Shown piece after piece: positions 61,699 to 64,000 of a stretch of DNA of 64,000 nt (the stretch's first letter is position 1; each line of letters begins with the position of its first letter). The translations under genes and the position numbers were made by a program. The DNA is taken from the NCBI GenBank assembly GCA_044868145.1, contig JBIOWE010000004.1:203197-267196 (forward strand), given 5' to 3'. Under the pieces are notes generated by a model. It saw nothing but the letters and a program-made list of their open reading frames with translations, had not been told where the DNA came from and searched no databases. Source of the DNA: Patescibacteria group bacterium. Lineage in GTDB: Bacteria; Patescibacteriota; Patescibacteriia; UBA10025; JBIOWE01.

Positions 61699-62201
61699 AA
61701 AGTCGCTGCCTCAATTATTTCAAGCGAATCGTTTGACGTATTATACAACCCAAATGACGCGGGGTATTTTAGGTCCGCAAGGTTCCCAGGATTAGCGAGC
61801 AGCGTTCTGCCGATCTTTTTTTGCGCCTTCAGATGGTCGTGGCCATAGAACACGAGATCGTAGTCCCCGCTTTTCGCGAGTTTCTCAGCGATGATCGGAT
61901 AATGAGTAATGGCAACTTTTTTACCAGCAATCTCAAATTCACCAATATCTTTGTACGGTTTGACATTTGCTGCATCACCTTCATAGATCCGTTTCATGAT
62001 GAGGTACGGGTCCCCGTCCACATTACCAAAAATGTAGTGAATCGTGCCTGGGAATTGTTTTGCGATTTCGACAAGCGTTGCTGGTGCGCACACGTCGCCA
62101 CAGTGAATGAGTATGTCAATGCCCTGGCTGTGAATGTATGTCAAAGCCTTTTGTATATTAGGCAAATGATCGTGGGTATCGGAAATGACGGCAAATTTCA
62201 T
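61695..62201 (-). CDS. YfcE-like metallophosphoesterase
   Basis: SDTH, HCGD, GNVD, TH, GHDH, NPG. Confidence 0.92.
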   Translation of the reverse strand: MKFAVISDTHDHLPNIQKALTYIHSQGIDILIHCGDVCAPATLVEIAKQFPGTIHYIFGNVDGDPYLIMKRIYEGDAANVKPYKDIGEFEIAGKKVAITHYPIIAEKLAKSGDYDLVFYGHDHLKAQKKIGRTLLANPGNLADLKYPASFGLYNTSNDSLEIIEAATL

Positions 62202-62205
62202 ATGA

Positions 62206-62841
62206 TTAACTATATCCTAAGAGTATGTAAAGGATGGTTGCGCCGTATTCGCGGGCAATGGCTATAAAGCTATCCAATTTGTCACGAGTAGACGTTTGGT
62301 CGACAAGCGTCGAGTCAGCGGCAACGCACGTGATGTCAACACGCTGCGTGCGAAATACGCCGCATGCCCGCTTTGTGTGAAAGTCAGAGGTGACCACGAT
62401 GGCGCTTTGCCAGTGTCGTTCCGGCATGCTTTCTTTTGTGAATAAGGCATTGCCGTGCGTGTCGGTTGAATGAACTTCCGTGAAAATTTCTTTATCGGAA
62501 ACGCCATGCGCTAAGGCAAATTGTTTCATAACGGTGCTCTCAATATAGGACGTACCTGCCACCGGTCCACCACTCATCAGCAAACTGGGAGCCCAGCCGT
62601 CACGTAAAAGTTTTATGCCTGTAAGCACGCGTTCCTGCGCTTTTTTCGGGAGGGAACCCGTATCTTTATCTACCCCTGATCCAAGCACGACAATGATGTC
62701 GGCTTTTTTTGGCTCCTCGCTGATCGTGAGCGGTTTTGCGAGTGTTTCATTCAAGTTTGTTTTGAGAATGGAGACGTAGAGCGCTGCGATCACAATGACC
62801 AGAATTATGCCAAATCGTATGGAAAAAGATTTAATTCTCAT
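62206..62841 (-). CDS. YdcF/DUF218 (ElyC/SanA-like) protein
   Basis: IVVLGSG, MSGG, E...STDTHGNA, VTSDFHTKRA, RE. Confidence 0.9.
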   Translation of the reverse strand: MRIKSFSIRFGIILVIVIAALYVSILKTNLNETLAKPLTISEEPKKADIIVVLGSGVDKDTGSLPKKAQERVLTGIKLLRDGWAPSLLMSGGPVAGTSYIESTVMKQFALAHGVSDKEIFTEVHSTDTHGNALFTKESMPERHWQSAIVVTSDFHTKRACGVFRTQRVDITCVAADSTLVDQTSTRDKLDSFIAIAREYGATILYILLGYS

Positions 62842-63676
62842 CGCGCAGTTTTTTTAGCAGTTGAATATCCTTTCGTTCTTTTCCATCCTTCGGGGTTTCC
62901 AAAACGAAGTCGACGTTTTTTAGATCCGGGGATGTCAATAATGCACGAAACCCCTCTGTTCCGATTTTTCCTTCACCAATATGTTCGTGTCGATCGATAT
63001 GCGTGCCTATGTCCGTTTTTGAGTCGTTTGCGTGGACAAGTGCAAGTTTTTCTTTACCAAGAACGCGATCAAGCAAGTGCAAGACTTTGTCCGCGCCCGC
63101 TTTTGTCCGTAGGTCATAGCCAGACGTAAACGCATGGCACGTATCGAGGCAAACGCCAATCTGTTTGGCCACCTTCGGCTTGATGAGTTTGAGTATAGCA
63201 GCAATTTCTTCAAATGTATCGCCGATGATTTTACCAGCACCCGCGGACATTTCAATGAGGAATTGCGTTGTCCCTTTATAGTCGGTTAAAATTTTCGTAA
63301 TAGCTTCCGCAACTTTTTTTAGCGCCGTGGCATCGCCAAGTTCGCGAGCCGATCCAAGGTGGGTCATTAACGCTCGGACCCCGATTTTTGAACCGCGCTC
63401 AAGATCATCGCGAATCACAGATATTGAGCCGTAATAAATGCGGTTGTTCGTTGAGGCGAGGTTAATGTAATACGGCGTATGGACGTAATAGTGCGAGAAA
63501 TTGTACTGCTTGCACGCATCGGCAAACGAGGCGACGCTGGCGGGCGTGAGGGGCGACGGCTTGCCACCGTGCGGCGAGCGCATGAACATTTGAAAACATT
63601 CGCACCCCGCCTCTGCCGCGTTATGCGGCGCATTCTGTATACCCCCGGCAATGGAGACGTGGGCACCTATTTTCAT
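62831..63676 (-). CDS. nfo: endonuclease IV
   Basis: GAHVSIAGG, HTPYYINL, HLGS, IEMSAG, CLDTCH, HANDSK, DRH, ETP. Confidence 0.96.
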   Translation of the reverse strand: MKIGAHVSIAGGIQNAPHNAAEAGCECFQMFMRSPHGGKPSPLTPASVASFADACKQYNFSHYYVHTPYYINLASTNNRIYYGSISVIRDDLERGSKIGVRALMTHLGSARELGDATALKKVAEAITKILTDYKGTTQFLIEMSAGAGKIIGDTFEEIAAILKLIKPKVAKQIGVCLDTCHAFTSGYDLRTKAGADKVLHLLDRVLGKEKLALVHANDSKTDIGTHIDRHEHIGEGKIGTEGFRALLTSPDLKNVDFVLETPKDGKERKDIQLLKKLRDEN

Positions 63677-63682
63677 AATAGA

Positions 63683-64000
63683 TTATGCATTGACTCGTTC
63701 TAAAAATTCGAACACTTTTTGGCTTACGAGGATATTCTTCAGATACTGCATATAATCATTCGACATCACATACTGTAACTCATCGCGATTCGCGCCACTG
63801 CGCTCGATTTGCCGTTTACGCTCGCTCTCGACTTCTTCTTCGGGCACAGAGATTGATTCGCGCTTGGCGACCTCCCGTAAGATCAACGCGGTTTGAATCC
63901 TTTTTTGAGCCGCTGGACGCAATTCCTGCTCAAATGTTTTACGCGTCTTGTTGCGGTGCGCGAGATAGTCTTCAAACTTCATACCTTGTTGGGCTACTTC
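63683..64000 (-). CDS. tig: trigger factor C-terminal part (truncated by window edge)
   Basis: QQGMKFEDYL...AQKRIQTALILREVAKRESISV...KVFEFL. Confidence 0.8.
   Translation of the reverse strand, partial: EVAQQGMKFEDYLAHRNKTRKTFEQELRPAAQKRIQTALILREVAKRESISVPEEEVESERKRQIERSGANRDELQYVMSNDYMQYLKNILVSQKVFEFLERVNA

Overview
Chromosomal segment of a Patescibacteria (CPR; probably Parcubacteria/ABY1-like) bacterium using genetic code 11. The taxonomy is inferred from 16S signatures and gene content. The backbone is housekeeping: yidC, tsaE, tsaD, a PilB/GspE ATPase, valS, pepA, ruvB, a Wzx/GT4/O-antigen-ligase cluster, ftsH, rpsA, gyrA, rpmF-nusB-rnc, pyrF/pyrE, a short smc, rpsP-khpA-trmD, nfo and tig. 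There is one 16S rRNA gene with no linked 23S, and nine intact tRNAs, including an unusual tRNA-Ile(UAU). The most interesting signals are at small scale. (1) Free-standing nuclease genes (HTH-LAGLIDADG-like and GIY-YIG) sit immediately 5' of tRNA genes, and one palindromic module abuts the 5' end of both tRNA-Gly genes. (2) Decayed tRNA copies are interrupted by families of palindromic insertions. (3) An unannotated 17-aa peptide gene has a full promoter, SD, anti-SD and terminator, and ends in a RiPP-leader-like ELEQRIAP motif. (4) ORFans recur as self-contained promoter/boxA-like/SD cassettes, while many other genes look leaderless. (5) An AT-rich HEPN gene lies in a probable relic island at tRNA-Pro. 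No CRISPR array, intact transposase or 16S intron was seen.
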